IMG/VR virus record: IMGVR_UViG_3300028559_001021
Span: 2,746-66,745 of that record
Origin: a virus
DNA: 64,000 bases
Direction: 5' to 3' (one strand)
The number at the start of each line of letters is the position of its first letter. Positions within the stretch are counted from its first letter, which is position 1. Of this stretch, positions 29,535-39,277 are shown piece by piece. The notes beneath the pieces were generated by a model. That model did no database searches and was not told the DNA's origin. It saw only the letters and a program-made list of their open reading frames with translations. The position numbers and the translations under genes are program-made.

Positions 29535-30133
29535 GTTTAGACAATTTAGAAAACATTAGCGAATACGCCATTAAGATACAACAATTACTTGAAGCCAATG
29601 AAAATGGGGAAGAAATTGATTATAACACATTATTTGATGAGTTTGGATTGAATCTTGAAGAACTTGAACATGATATGATGAATTATTCGCCAAAATTGGA
29701 TTTGGGTTATGTTAAATTAAACGATGATGCGGTTGAACCAAAATATAATTATGATGGTGATTCTGGATTTGATTTATATTCAACTGAGGATGTTACAATA
29801 CCCCCATTTGGTAGAGTATTAATTCCAACTGGTTTATCTTTTGACATTAAAGATGGATATGAAATTCAAGTTAGGTCAAAGAGTGGATTGGCTCTAAACC
29901 AAGGATTGATGGTATTAAATTCTCCCGGAACAGTAGACAATTCTTTTGCAGGAGAGGTTAAGGTAATACTATTCAATGTTAATAACCACCAAGTAAAAAT
30001 TAATAAGGGTATGAAGATTGCTCAAGCCGTATTAACATCTGTTGTTAATGGAAAGTGGGTTCAATTGAATAAGCTTAATGGAATAAACGATAAGGATAGA
30101 GGAGATAAAGGATTTGGTTCAACTGGAGTATGA
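29531..30133 (+). CDS. dut: Trimeric dUTPase
   Basis: SGFDL, RSKSGLA, GTVD..F.GE, IAQ and RGDKGFGSTG motifs. Confidence 0.95.
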   Translation: MSLDNLENISEYAIKIQQLLEANENGEEIDYNTLFDEFGLNLEELEHDMMNYSPKLDLGYVKLNDDAVEPKYNYDGDSGFDLYSTEDVTIPPFGRVLIPTGLSFDIKDGYEIQVRSKSGLALNQGLMVLNSPGTVDNSFAGEVKVILFNVNNHQVKINKGMKIAQAVLTSVVNGKWVQLNKLNGINDKDRGDKGFGSTGV

Positions 30134-30312
30134 TTACAATAATATATTCAACACATAAAGACAAAGACTATAACGAAAAATTTAAGACCCATCTGATTAA
30201 TTCGGTGGGTCTTAATGACGTTCAGATATTAGAATATCAAAACAACAACCAATACTCATTAGCTCAAGTTTATAATAGTGGAATTTTTAAAATGTATTAT
30301 TTATTAATCTAA
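30130..30312 (+). pseudogene. Orphaned original N-terminus of the downstream glycosyltransferase
   Basis: MITIIYSTH...NSVGL..V.I.E..NN...SL...YN parallels the start of the 30518 ORF. Confidence 0.75.
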
Positions 30313-30424
30313 TTTTATTATAAATTGAATATAATTTTTTATTTAATATTCTTGAACATTCTTTAGCACCAATTATTTTGTAATTTTCGATTAAAAATTT
30401 AACTTCACTTTCTATCCATCTCAT
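30287..30424 (-). pseudogene. Remnant of a homing endonuclease N-terminal HTH
   Basis: MRWIESEVKFLIENYKIIGAKECSRILNKKLYSIYNKI (W...E...L..NY pattern); TATTTAT motif upstream. Confidence 0.55.
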
Positions 30425-30517
30425 TTTGTTAATTGTTTACATTAATAAATATAAATAAAACAATAAAAACTAATTACAATTAAGAATTATTGTTTTATTT
30501 TTAAAAAAAATATTGAT

Positions 30518-32017
30518 ATGATAACAATAGGATATTCTAGTCGAAATCATAATCAAAAACATTATGAACACTTGTCAAATAGTGTAGGTCTTAAAAATGT
30601 TGAGATTATTGAAATAATAAATAACGGTAATCTATCATTATCAGAATGCTATAATGAAATATTAAAAAAATCAAAATTTAATATCAATGTTTATGTCCAT
30701 GATGATATTAAACTTGAGAAAAATTGGGGTGTAAAACTATTGGAGGATTTCAATAATAATTCCGACTTTGGTATTATCGGTAAAGCTGGTTCTTGTTATT
30801 TTCCAAAGTCTGGAATATATTGGGAACGAATGCAACAAACAATGGTTGGTCAAGTTTGGCATCACCCTATTGGACATAAAAAATGGATTAACAATTATTG
30901 CAGTAAATTACCATTTATAATACCCGTTGTAACAATTGATGGTTTATTTATATCATTTGATAAGACAAAAATTAAACATCAGTTTGATGAAACAATTGGT
31001 AAATTCCATTTTTACGATCACGGATTTTCTGTTCCAAATTATTTGGATGGGGTTAAAATTGGTGTGACATCTTCCTTTGAAATTACTCATGAATCTATTG
31101 GACAACCAAATCAAGAATTTTTTGAAAGCAAAGATAAGTTTTTGGAAAAATATGGGGATAAATTTCCATTGGATTTAAGACCAAAAGATGTTTATGTTCC
31201 AAACTTAAAAATAAAAGAAAATAAAAATAAGGTTGCGGTAATCATTTCGACCAAAAGTAAATTGGATTTATTATTCCAATGTATTGAATCTTTTTATGAA
31301 CATTGTAATCCAAAACAATATGATATATTTATTGCCGACACCGGTTCAGATGAAGAAGAATTAAAATCAATTAAAGAATTGGTAAATAAGGTTGATAATA
31401 TCAAACTAATAAAATATCAATATTATAACTTTGCTAAGATTAACAATCATATTGTTAAAAATTACATTGGTAGAGAATATACATATGTGTTATTCTGTAA
31501 CAACGATATTAAACTAATGAGTGATGTAATTGGTGGAATGTTAAATGTATTTAAAGAAAATTCAAAAGTTGGTACTGTAGGATGTAGACTTCATTATGAA
31601 GATAATACAATCCAACATAATGGAGCTATGATTGGTATTAGTGACAAATATCAAGTAATACTTAAACACTTAGATGAAAAAATATATTACCCATCAATTA
31701 TGGGATTAAACAAAGTTGCAATTAATACTGCTGGTTTAATGATGATGACAAGATTTTTATTTGATAAAATTGGTGGGTTTAATGAACAATATTCAACTTC
31801 TTTTGAAGACGTTGAATTAAACATTAAATGTATATTACTAGGTTTTGATAATTTTTGTGATAGCAATCTAGTTGCTTATCATTATGAAAGTCAAACAAGA
31901 AAAACAAATGTTAATGATAAGGATGGACAATTTTATGATTATAAAAATGTTCTTTTACCATTCATAAATAAACATATTCAAACAATTATAAACAGAACAA
32001 AAATATATAAAGTATGA
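30518..32017 (+). CDS. Two-domain GT2-type glycosyltransferase
   Basis: VHDD, IDGLF, FHFYD; second domain IADTGS, FCNND, GGFNE..EDVE. Confidence 0.9.
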   Translation: MITIGYSSRNHNQKHYEHLSNSVGLKNVEIIEIINNGNLSLSECYNEILKKSKFNINVYVHDDIKLEKNWGVKLLEDFNNNSDFGIIGKAGSCYFPKSGIYWERMQQTMVGQVWHHPIGHKKWINNYCSKLPFIIPVVTIDGLFISFDKTKIKHQFDETIGKFHFYDHGFSVPNYLDGVKIGVTSSFEITHESIGQPNQEFFESKDKFLEKYGDKFPLDLRPKDVYVPNLKIKENKNKVAVIISTKSKLDLLFQCIESFYEHCNPKQYDIFIADTGSDEEELKSIKELVNKVDNIKLIKYQYYNFAKINNHIVKNYIGREYTYVLFCNNDIKLMSDVIGGMLNVFKENSKVGTVGCRLHYEDNTIQHNGAMIGISDKYQVILKHLDEKIYYPSIMGLNKVAINTAGLMMMTRFLFDKIGGFNEQYSTSFEDVELNIKCILLGFDNFCDSNLVAYHYESQTRKTNVNDKDGQFYDYKNVLLPFINKHIQTIINRTKIYKV

Positions 32018-32568
32018 TAACATTTATAATTCCATCTTTAAATAGACCAACAATTAAAAGAACTATTGAATCATTATTAAGTCAAACTTCTGAAAAATGG
32101 AAAGCTATTGTAATTTATGATGGTGTTGATGGTGAACTTTTTGAAGATGAAAGAATAAAAACAATTAAGATAGATAAAACTGGTTTGGTTGGACCTAAAA
32201 ATGGTCAATCTGGATTGGTTAGGAATGAAGGTATTAAACTAGTTGAAACAGATTGGATTGGATTTTTGGATGACGATGACACAATAGATTCCAATTATGT
32301 TAAAACATTGATTGAAAAATACACTAAATATGATTTTGTTGTATGGAGAATGAAATATGAAAATGGTATGGTTCTTCCACCATTTTCATTGAATGATTTA
32401 GTTTTTGCAAGAGTTGGTATTTCTTTTTGTTACAAAAAAAGTATATTTAAAGAGTTATTGTTTAGTCAGAATAGAGATGGTGAAGACTTTGATTTTCTGA
32501 TGGAACTTAAAAAACAATCCAATAAATTTATTATTACCCCAGAGGTAATGTACAATGTTAGACACTAA
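32014..32568 (+). CDS. GT2 glycosyltransferase
   Basis: FIIP..R, RNEG, FLDDDD and GED motifs. Confidence 0.88.
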   Translation: MITFIIPSLNRPTIKRTIESLLSQTSEKWKAIVIYDGVDGELFEDERIKTIKIDKTGLVGPKNGQSGLVRNEGIKLVETDWIGFLDDDDTIDSNYVKTLIEKYTKYDFVVWRMKYENGMVLPPFSLNDLVFARVGISFCYKKSIFKELLFSQNRDGEDFDFLMELKKQSNKFIITPEVMYNVRH

Positions 32569-33198
32569 ATGAAACTATTCGAAAGATTTGATAAAGTTTA
32601 TTGTATCAATCTTAAAAGAAGACCTGAAAGATTAGAAGAATTCAGAAAAGAAGTTGAAAAATATGACTTGGGTAACTTTGAAGTTTTTGAAGCTGTTGAT
32701 GGAAATACAATAAAAAATAGAAGAAGTAATAAATTAAAACCAAGTGAACAAGGTTTAATTGAAAGTAATTTATTAATCATTAAAGAATGTATTAAAAACA
32801 ATTATGATAATGTTTTAATTCTTGAAGATGATTGTACTTTTACAGATGAAGTTTTAAACTTGGATGACTATTTTAATAAGTTACCAACTGATTGGGATAT
32901 GTTGTATATGGGGGGCAATCATAATACACATATGAATATTAAAGTGCCTGAAGTAATCAACGATAAGATATGTCAACTACATCACACCTACTCAACACAT
33001 TTTGTCACAATAAAAAGTACATTGTTCGATGAATTAGAATTTTTATTGAGTATAACTAATGAACCATTAGATGTGACATATACAAATTTACAAAAAAATA
33101 AAAATGTATATTCTTTTTATCCTGCCATAGCAAAACAAAGAATTGGGTTTTCTGATATACAACAAAGAACAATGGATTATAATTGGTTGATAAAATGA
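32569..33198 (+). CDS. GT25 glycosyltransferase
   Basis: YCINLKRRPER, AVDG, LILEDD and WDMLYMG motifs. Confidence 0.88.
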   Translation: MKLFERFDKVYCINLKRRPERLEEFRKEVEKYDLGNFEVFEAVDGNTIKNRRSNKLKPSEQGLIESNLLIIKECIKNNYDNVLILEDDCTFTDEVLNLDDYFNKLPTDWDMLYMGGNHNTHMNIKVPEVINDKICQLHHTYSTHFVTIKSTLFDELEFLLSITNEPLDVTYTNLQKNKNVYSFYPAIAKQRIGFSDIQQRTMDYNWLIK

Positions 33199-33904
33199 AA
33201 AAAATATTTTTTACAGCAGATTTAATTGGTGGATTGGGGAATCAAATGTTTCAAATACCCAATTACAGGGTTTTGACACATCAAAATATGTAAATAATGT
33301 GTATTGTAAATTATCATTTAACAATGATATAAAAGTAGATTCAGTAATTAATTCTGGGTGGGTGTTTACTCCAATTTTAGTCAATCCAAATTATTCAACA
33401 GAATTTAGGGGTTATTATCAAAGTAGTAAAAATTTTTATGGATATGATAATGAAATTATTGATATGTTTTCACCTAATGAAAATGTTTTAGAAATAATTT
33501 CTAAAATATATGAAGATAAAAATGTTTGGATGACTAGTGGTTCTTTTATGTATCACGATGGTAGAAAAGGATTCGCTAATCCACCCAAGAATTTTACAAA
33601 TATTAGAAATCAAGTTTTTACTTTATCTCATCTCAGAACTTGGAAATCTTGGTTATGGAAAAAAATAAAAGTTGAGGATTTAAAAGATGAAAATGGTAAA
33701 TATTGGAGTGTTGCTGGTGACTTATCGTTTATGTTTCCTATGTTAGAAATGTCAGGTGAAAAACATTTTAAATATATCCCTAATATTCTCTACATATATA
33801 ACGAATCAAACCCTCTTAACGACCACAAAGTCAACCTCCAAGAAGTAGGAAAAATTGTTAATAAAATTAGAAATAAGATTGATTATAAAAAAATTGACGA
33901 TTAA
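33195..33904 (+). pseudogene. Deleted/frameshifted GT11 fused to a GT2 C-terminus
   Basis: MKKIFFTADLIGGLGNQMFQI is out of frame with QLQGFDTSKYVNNV...GYYQSSKNF; switches near PNENVL to a GT2-type tail (SHLRTWK, AGDLSFMFPMLEM). Confidence 0.7.
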
Positions 33905-34698
33905 TGATTTATTGTTATTTGAAAGGAGGATTAGGTAATATGTTGTTCCAAATTGCGGCAACAAAGTCGTTTTCTATTGATATGAAAACCGATTGTTCTT
34001 TCCCAAATTTAACTAATCATCTAAAATTCCTAAATGAAGACCAAACATATAACCCAAAATTAAATTATGCTTTCGAGTATGAATCATTATTAACTAAACT
34101 AAATTCTACATCACCAACTAAACCGTTATCAACCTATAATTTTCCTTTTCATTACGTTAATCCAATAATGAAAGATGAAATAATAATTGATGGATTTTTT
34201 CAAAGTGAAAAATATTTCAAACATAACAGAGAGTCTATTTTAAATTTTTTAAATTTTGAGGTAATTTCACAATTAGTGAAAGAAAAATATAATAACATTA
34301 TAAATAATAATTCAACATCTGTACACATCAGACGTGGAGACTATGTTAGATTACCTAGTCATCATCCACTACAAACAAAAGAATATTTCAACAGCTCAAT
34401 CAATTTGTTGAAAAACAAAACAGACAATTTTGTTATTTTTAGTGATGATATAGATTGGTGTAAAAAAAATATAGAAATAGATAATTGTATCTTTATTGAA
34501 AATGAAAAAGATTATATTGAATTATATTTGATGTCTCAGTGTAAAAATAATATAATTTCTAATTCCTCATTTTCATGGTGGGGCGCGTGGTTAAATAACA
34601 AAGATGACAAGGTAGTAATCGCACCTAAAATATGGTTTGGTCAAAAAATAACACATAAAACTGAAGATATAATACCAAATTCATGGACAAAACTTTAA
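33904..34698 (+). CDS. GT11 alpha-1,2-fucosyltransferase-like
   Basis: GGLGNMLFQ, GFFQSEKYF, HIRRGDY, FSDD and NSSFSWW motifs. Confidence 0.92.
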   Translation: MIYCYLKGGLGNMLFQIAATKSFSIDMKTDCSFPNLTNHLKFLNEDQTYNPKLNYAFEYESLLTKLNSTSPTKPLSTYNFPFHYVNPIMKDEIIIDGFFQSEKYFKHNRESILNFLNFEVISQLVKEKYNNIINNNSTSVHIRRGDYVRLPSHHPLQTKEYFNSSINLLKNKTDNFVIFSDDIDWCKKNIEIDNCIFIENEKDYIELYLMSQCKNNIISNSSFSWWGAWLNNKDDKVVIAPKIWFGQKITHKTEDIIPNSWTKL

Positions 34699-34704
34699 AA
34701 TAAT

Positions 34705-35112
34705 ATGGAAAAAATTTACTCAAAAATAGATGGAAGACTACTTCATCTTGTCAACAGATTATCTGAAGTTGAAAACAGACAAGATATAATACCGCCAAAT
34801 AATTTCATACAATGTGCCACATTAAGAATGGAAAAAGGTAAAACATTTCCACCACATAAACACATTGAAAAAGAAAGATTGTATACTAATCAAATAGCTC
34901 AAGAATCTTGGATTGTAATCAAAGGTAGAGTTAAGTGTAAATTTTATGATTTAAACGATGAACTTATTGCTGAACCTATATTAGGTGTTGGTGATGCCAG
35001 TTTTACATTGTATGGTGGGCATACTTATGAAATTTTAGAAGATGATACAATAGTATATGAATATAAAACTGGTCCATACGAAGGACAATCATTAGATAAA
35101 AAATTTTTATAA
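34705..35112 (+). CDS. Cupin (WbuC-like) protein
   Basis: PHKH..E....G and GGH motifs within a sugar cluster. Confidence 0.75.
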   Translation: MEKIYSKIDGRLLHLVNRLSEVENRQDIIPPNNFIQCATLRMEKGKTFPPHKHIEKERLYTNQIAQESWIVIKGRVKCKFYDLNDELIAEPILGVGDASFTLYGGHTYEILEDDTIVYEYKTGPYEGQSLDKKFL

Positions 35113-35117
35113 AATAT

Positions 35118-35810
35118 ATGAGATTTTCTATTGTAATACCTACTTGGGAACAGTATGGTAAAGGTTATTTTTTTTTAACTCAATTATTAGATTCAATTAA
35201 AAATCAATCATTCAATGATTATGAAATTGTAATCTCAGACCATAGTATTAATAATGAAATAGAAAACATATGTAAAAAGTATGATTTCTTAAAAATTTCA
35301 TATCTAAGAAATCAAAATAAAAGGGGAAATAGTCCTCATAATTTGAATTTTGGTTTACGCCAAGCGAAAGGTGAAATAATCAAAGTTATGTTTCAGGATG
35401 ATTTTTTTATAAATCCGAATTCATTAAAGTTAATTAGTAACGAGTTTGAAATAAATGATTGTAAATGGTTAGTAAATGGCTGTTGTCATACAACAGATTC
35501 TATTAATTTTTTCAGATATATGATACCAAAATGGAACGATAGAATAAATGAAGGGGTTAATACAATTAGTTCACCATCAGTTTTATCATTTATAAATAAA
35601 GATATACTATATTTTGATGAAAATCTAACTATGCTTATGGACTGTGATTATTATTATTCACTTCACAAAAAATATGGGTTACCTTCAATATTAAAAGAAT
35701 ATTTGATAGCAAATACTTTTCATGAATATCAAATAAGTAAAATGTATGATAAAAATCTTCAGGAAGAAATAAACTTAGTAAAACAAAAAAAATATGAATT
35801 TAGAAAATGA
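35118..35810 (+). CDS. GT2 glycosyltransferase
   Basis: SIVIP, ISDHS, MFQDD and SSPSV motifs. Confidence 0.88.
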   Translation: MRFSIVIPTWEQYGKGYFFLTQLLDSIKNQSFNDYEIVISDHSINNEIENICKKYDFLKISYLRNQNKRGNSPHNLNFGLRQAKGEIIKVMFQDDFFINPNSLKLISNEFEINDCKWLVNGCCHTTDSINFFRYMIPKWNDRINEGVNTISSPSVLSFINKDILYFDENLTMLMDCDYYYSLHKKYGLPSILKEYLIANTFHEYQISKMYDKNLQEEINLVKQKKYEFRK

Positions 35811-36444
35811 TGGAGAAAGAATGGACATAAATTATTATGACATAAACTATGATAGATTTGATATGTATCAAAAATCACATTATAAAAGATATGAAATGGC
35901 AAAAACACTAGTTAAAGAAGATTATATCGTTGCAGATATGGCTTGTGGTTCAGGTTATGGTTCGTTGATGTTATCAGAAAATTGTAAGGAAGTTCATAGT
36001 GTTGATATTGACAAAATAACAATAGATGAAATCTCTAAAAGATATAATAAAGAAAGTAAGGTAAAATTTTATAACAAAAATCTTTTGGACATTGATTTTG
36101 AAAATAAATTTGACATGATAGTTTCTTTTGAAACAGTTGAACATTTTAAAGAAGAAGAATTAGATATACTTTTTTATAAATTTCATAAATCCTTAAAATC
36201 TGATGGGGTATTTTTATTTTCAACTCCGTATAATCAAGATAAAAACATTCATTCTATGAAATGGCATAGAACATTTTATATAACGGAAGAAAAGATTAAT
36301 AAATTATTAGAGTCGTATTTTTATATTGAAAAAACTTGGTATCAAGATTATCATTCACATAATTTGAATGAAGAAGGATATATAAAACATTTCATAATTT
36401 GTAAAACAAAAAAAAATAACTCATGTATAAAGAAGATATTATAA
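35794..36444 (+). CDS. Class I SAM-dependent methyltransferase
   Basis: DMACGSGYG, FETVEH and STP motifs. Confidence 0.9.
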   Translation: MNLENDGERMDINYYDINYDRFDMYQKSHYKRYEMAKTLVKEDYIVADMACGSGYGSLMLSENCKEVHSVDIDKITIDEISKRYNKESKVKFYNKNLLDIDFENKFDMIVSFETVEHFKEEELDILFYKFHKSLKSDGVFLFSTPYNQDKNIHSMKWHRTFYITEEKINKLLESYFYIEKTWYQDYHSHNLNEEGYIKHFIICKTKKNNSCIKKIL

Positions 36445-37103
36445 CAACAATGGCAAGCACTGAATTTATGACAGACCCTAAATTTGTAAGTGCATATAAT
36501 AAATGTGAACAATCTGATAACAATAGATTAATAAGTAGTTCGTATACAATTAGATGGAGAATACATACTTTAATTTGGGCAGCAAAATACGCTTCTAAAC
36601 TTGAAGGGGATTTTGTTGAGTTCGGTGGTGGTTTTGGTTTATTTTCATCAGCAATTTATGAATATTTAAATTTTAATAATATTGATAAAAAATATTATTT
36701 ACTTGATAGCTTCGAAGGATTAAAAGACAAAAACCTATTTCCTGAAGAAATTAGTTCACTAAATAATTACAAGAGATTTGGTAATTGGTATGAAGAAGTT
36801 AAACAAAAATTTAATTCTTTTGACAATATGGTTATTATACCTGGTTATGTCCCTGATACTTTAACAGAAATAAAAACAGATAAAGTATGCTTTGTTTCAA
36901 TAGATTTTAATTGTATGGAACCAGAAAAAGACGCACTTAAATTTATATGGGATAAACTAGTAAAGGGAGGGATTATAATTTTTGATGACTATGCCTTTCC
37001 AGGTCATCACAATCAAAAAAAATCTCACGATAAATTTGCTGAAGAAAATAATTGTTTAATTTATACTTGTCCAACAGGACAAGGTATTTTAATTAAATCA
37101 TAA
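36423..37103 (+). CDS. TylF/MycF-family sugar O-methyltransferase
   Basis: EGDFVEFG, DSFEG, G.VPDTL and GGIIIFDDY motifs. Confidence 0.85.
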   Translation: MYKEDIITTMASTEFMTDPKFVSAYNKCEQSDNNRLISSSYTIRWRIHTLIWAAKYASKLEGDFVEFGGGFGLFSSAIYEYLNFNNIDKKYYLLDSFEGLKDKNLFPEEISSLNNYKRFGNWYEEVKQKFNSFDNMVIIPGYVPDTLTEIKTDKVCFVSIDFNCMEPEKDALKFIWDKLVKGGIIIFDDYAFPGHHNQKKSHDKFAEENNCLIYTCPTGQGILIKS

Positions 37104-37120
37104 CTTTTAATAAACTAAAT

Positions 37121-37648
37121 ATGAAATCAATAAAAGAAAAAGATATCGTAATTAATGATGATGTATTTTTCAAGCATGAACCGTATTATGTTGGGGAACA
37201 TATTGCAATAGATAAAGGATTTTATTGTACCACAAATATATCAATTGGTAGTTATGTCCACATAAGTCCTTATGTGACAATAATCGGAGGGTCTGATGCG
37301 AGTTTTATATCAAAGGGAATAAATAATATTATGGCTGGAGCAAGAATTATATGTGCCAGTGATCGCTTTGACGAGTCCGGACTATTTGGTTCTATGATAC
37401 CAAAAGAACTTAAAGGTAAACAAATAAATGAAGAAATAATTATGGAAGAATTTTCAAACATAGGAACTAATTCTATAGTTTTACCAGGTACTATATTAAG
37501 AAAAGGAGTATTATTAACCGCAGGCAGTTTATTGATGGGGGATACTGAAGAATGGGGGGTTTATAAAGGTAATCCCGCAAAATTGGTGAAAAAAATTAAT
37601 CCCCATATAATATTGGAAAACGCAAAAAAATTAGGTTTATATCAATGA
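37121..37648 (+). CDS. Hexapeptide-repeat acyltransferase
   Basis: Left-handed beta-helix repeats, IGTNSIVLPG, GNPAK. Confidence 0.85.
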   Translation: MKSIKEKDIVINDDVFFKHEPYYVGEHIAIDKGFYCTTNISIGSYVHISPYVTIIGGSDASFISKGINNIMAGARIICASDRFDESGLFGSMIPKELKGKQINEEIIMEEFSNIGTNSIVLPGTILRKGVLLTAGSLLMGDTEEWGVYKGNPAKLVKKINPHIILENAKKLGLYQ

Positions 37649-38447
37649 TACAACAAAAGAAAAAATTAGTTTTATATGGTGGTGGATTTAAACACGCGAT
37701 TAAGGAAATAAATAACTTGACAAAATATGTTGAGTGGACATTAAATGATGAAGACTCAAAGGTATGTTTATATGTTGACCAAGGATTAATGAGTCCAACA
37801 AATCCAACAAAACAAAACTATGGATGGTTACGTGAATCCAAAACAATAATACCAAATTATTATAGTTGGTGTAAAAATAATATAGATTTATTAAAAAAAA
37901 ATTTATAAAAGTTTTTACTCATGATAAAGAATTAACAAAAAAATCAGATATATTCCAAATCATTCAATGTGCTGTTAAATCCGTTTTAAGTGATGGTAAA
38001 ATATCCCCTAAGACTAAATTAGTTTCTATGATAACCTCTAATAAAAATATGTGTAGTGAACATAGATTTAGGTTACAAATTTTAGAAAAGTATCGAAATA
38101 AATGTGATGTTTTTGGAAAAGGTATAAATTTTATAAAAAATATAGAAGATGGGCTTAGAGATTATTGTTTTTCTATTACTGTAGAAAATGCTAATTATCC
38201 AAATATGGTTACAGAAAAAATTACAAATTGTTTTATGACTGGCACAATACCAATATATTACGGTATTGATAACATAGGTGATTTTTTCAACAAAAATGGT
38301 ATTATTATTTTAAATAACGATTTCAAAATAGAAGACCTAAGTTTTGATTTTTATTACTCCAAAATCCAATATATCGAAGAAAATTATGAAATATCAAAAA
38401 ATTTAATGTTACCAGAAGACTTAATCTATTTAAATTATTTGAAATAA
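37645..38447 (+). CDS. GT10-like fucosyltransferase split by a frameshift at an A9 tract
   Basis: ORF 37645-37908 continues in the -1 frame (FIKVFTHDK...) into 38028-38447 with YCFSITVEN...TEKI..CF.TGTIPIYYG. Confidence 0.75.
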
Positions 38448-38507
38448 AGAATTATTTTTTTTATTTATTTAATTTTAAATTAAATTTTTTTTTTTAAAAA
38501 TTAACTT

Positions 38508-39107
38508 ATGTCATTTGAAATCGTAAAAGAATTTGAATCCGCAATATCTAAATTTTTCGGATCAAAATATGCGGTAGCCGTTGATAGTTGTACTCATGGT
38601 TTAGAATTAGCTTTAAGATACACTAAAGAAAAAAAAATAAATGTTCCATATAGAACATACCTTTCAGTACCAATGTTAGCTAATAAATTAGGATTAGAAC
38701 TAATATGGAGAGATGAAGAATGGGAGGATTACTACACAATTAATTATGGTGAAACTAAAATCATAGATGCCGCAGTTTTATGGAAAAAAAACAGTTACAT
38801 ATCAAACACTATAATGTGTTTAAGTTTCCAATATCAAAAACATCTAAGTATTGGTCGAGGTGGTATGATTCTTTGTGATAATGAAAAATTGGCTAGTGAT
38901 TTAAAAAAAATGTCATACGATGGTAGATTACCAAATATACCTTGGAGAGAACAAAATATTGATACTTTTGGATATCATTATTATATGACACCAGAATTGG
39001 CTAAAATTGGATTGGATAAATTACAAACAGCCATTGAAACCCCCCCACGAAAATGGGTTTATACTGATTGGCCTAACTTAACCCAAATGGAAATATTCAA
39101 AAAATGA
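38508..39107 (+). CDS. Short DegT/DnrJ/EryC1/StrS PLP aminotransferase
   Basis: AVAVDSCTHGLEL, IIDAA, SFQ..KHL..G.GGM. Confidence 0.85.
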   Translation: MSFEIVKEFESAISKFFGSKYAVAVDSCTHGLELALRYTKEKKINVPYRTYLSVPMLANKLGLELIWRDEEWEDYYTINYGETKIIDAAVLWKKNSYISNTIMCLSFQYQKHLSIGRGGMILCDNEKLASDLKKMSYDGRLPNIPWREQNIDTFGYHYYMTPELAKIGLDKLQTAIETPPRKWVYTDWPNLTQMEIFKK

Positions 39108-39277
39108 AATACCAATTGTGGGACATGATTAGTTATAGTGATTATGAACCAATGGTTCCATTTACTTTATTATTAGAGTGTGATAATTTTGAAGAAATTT
39201 ATTATGAATTTATAAAAAAAAATACACAAAAAATACCTTGTGTTATTATATTAAATGAAAAAAAAAATAATTTATGA
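39104..39277 (+). CDS. 57-aa hypothetical protein (not in ORF track)
   Basis: MKYQLWDMISYSDYEP...; ATGA overlaps at both ends. Confidence 0.5.
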   Translation: MKYQLWDMISYSDYEPMVPFTLLLECDNFEEIYYEFIKKNTQKIPCVIILNEKKNNL

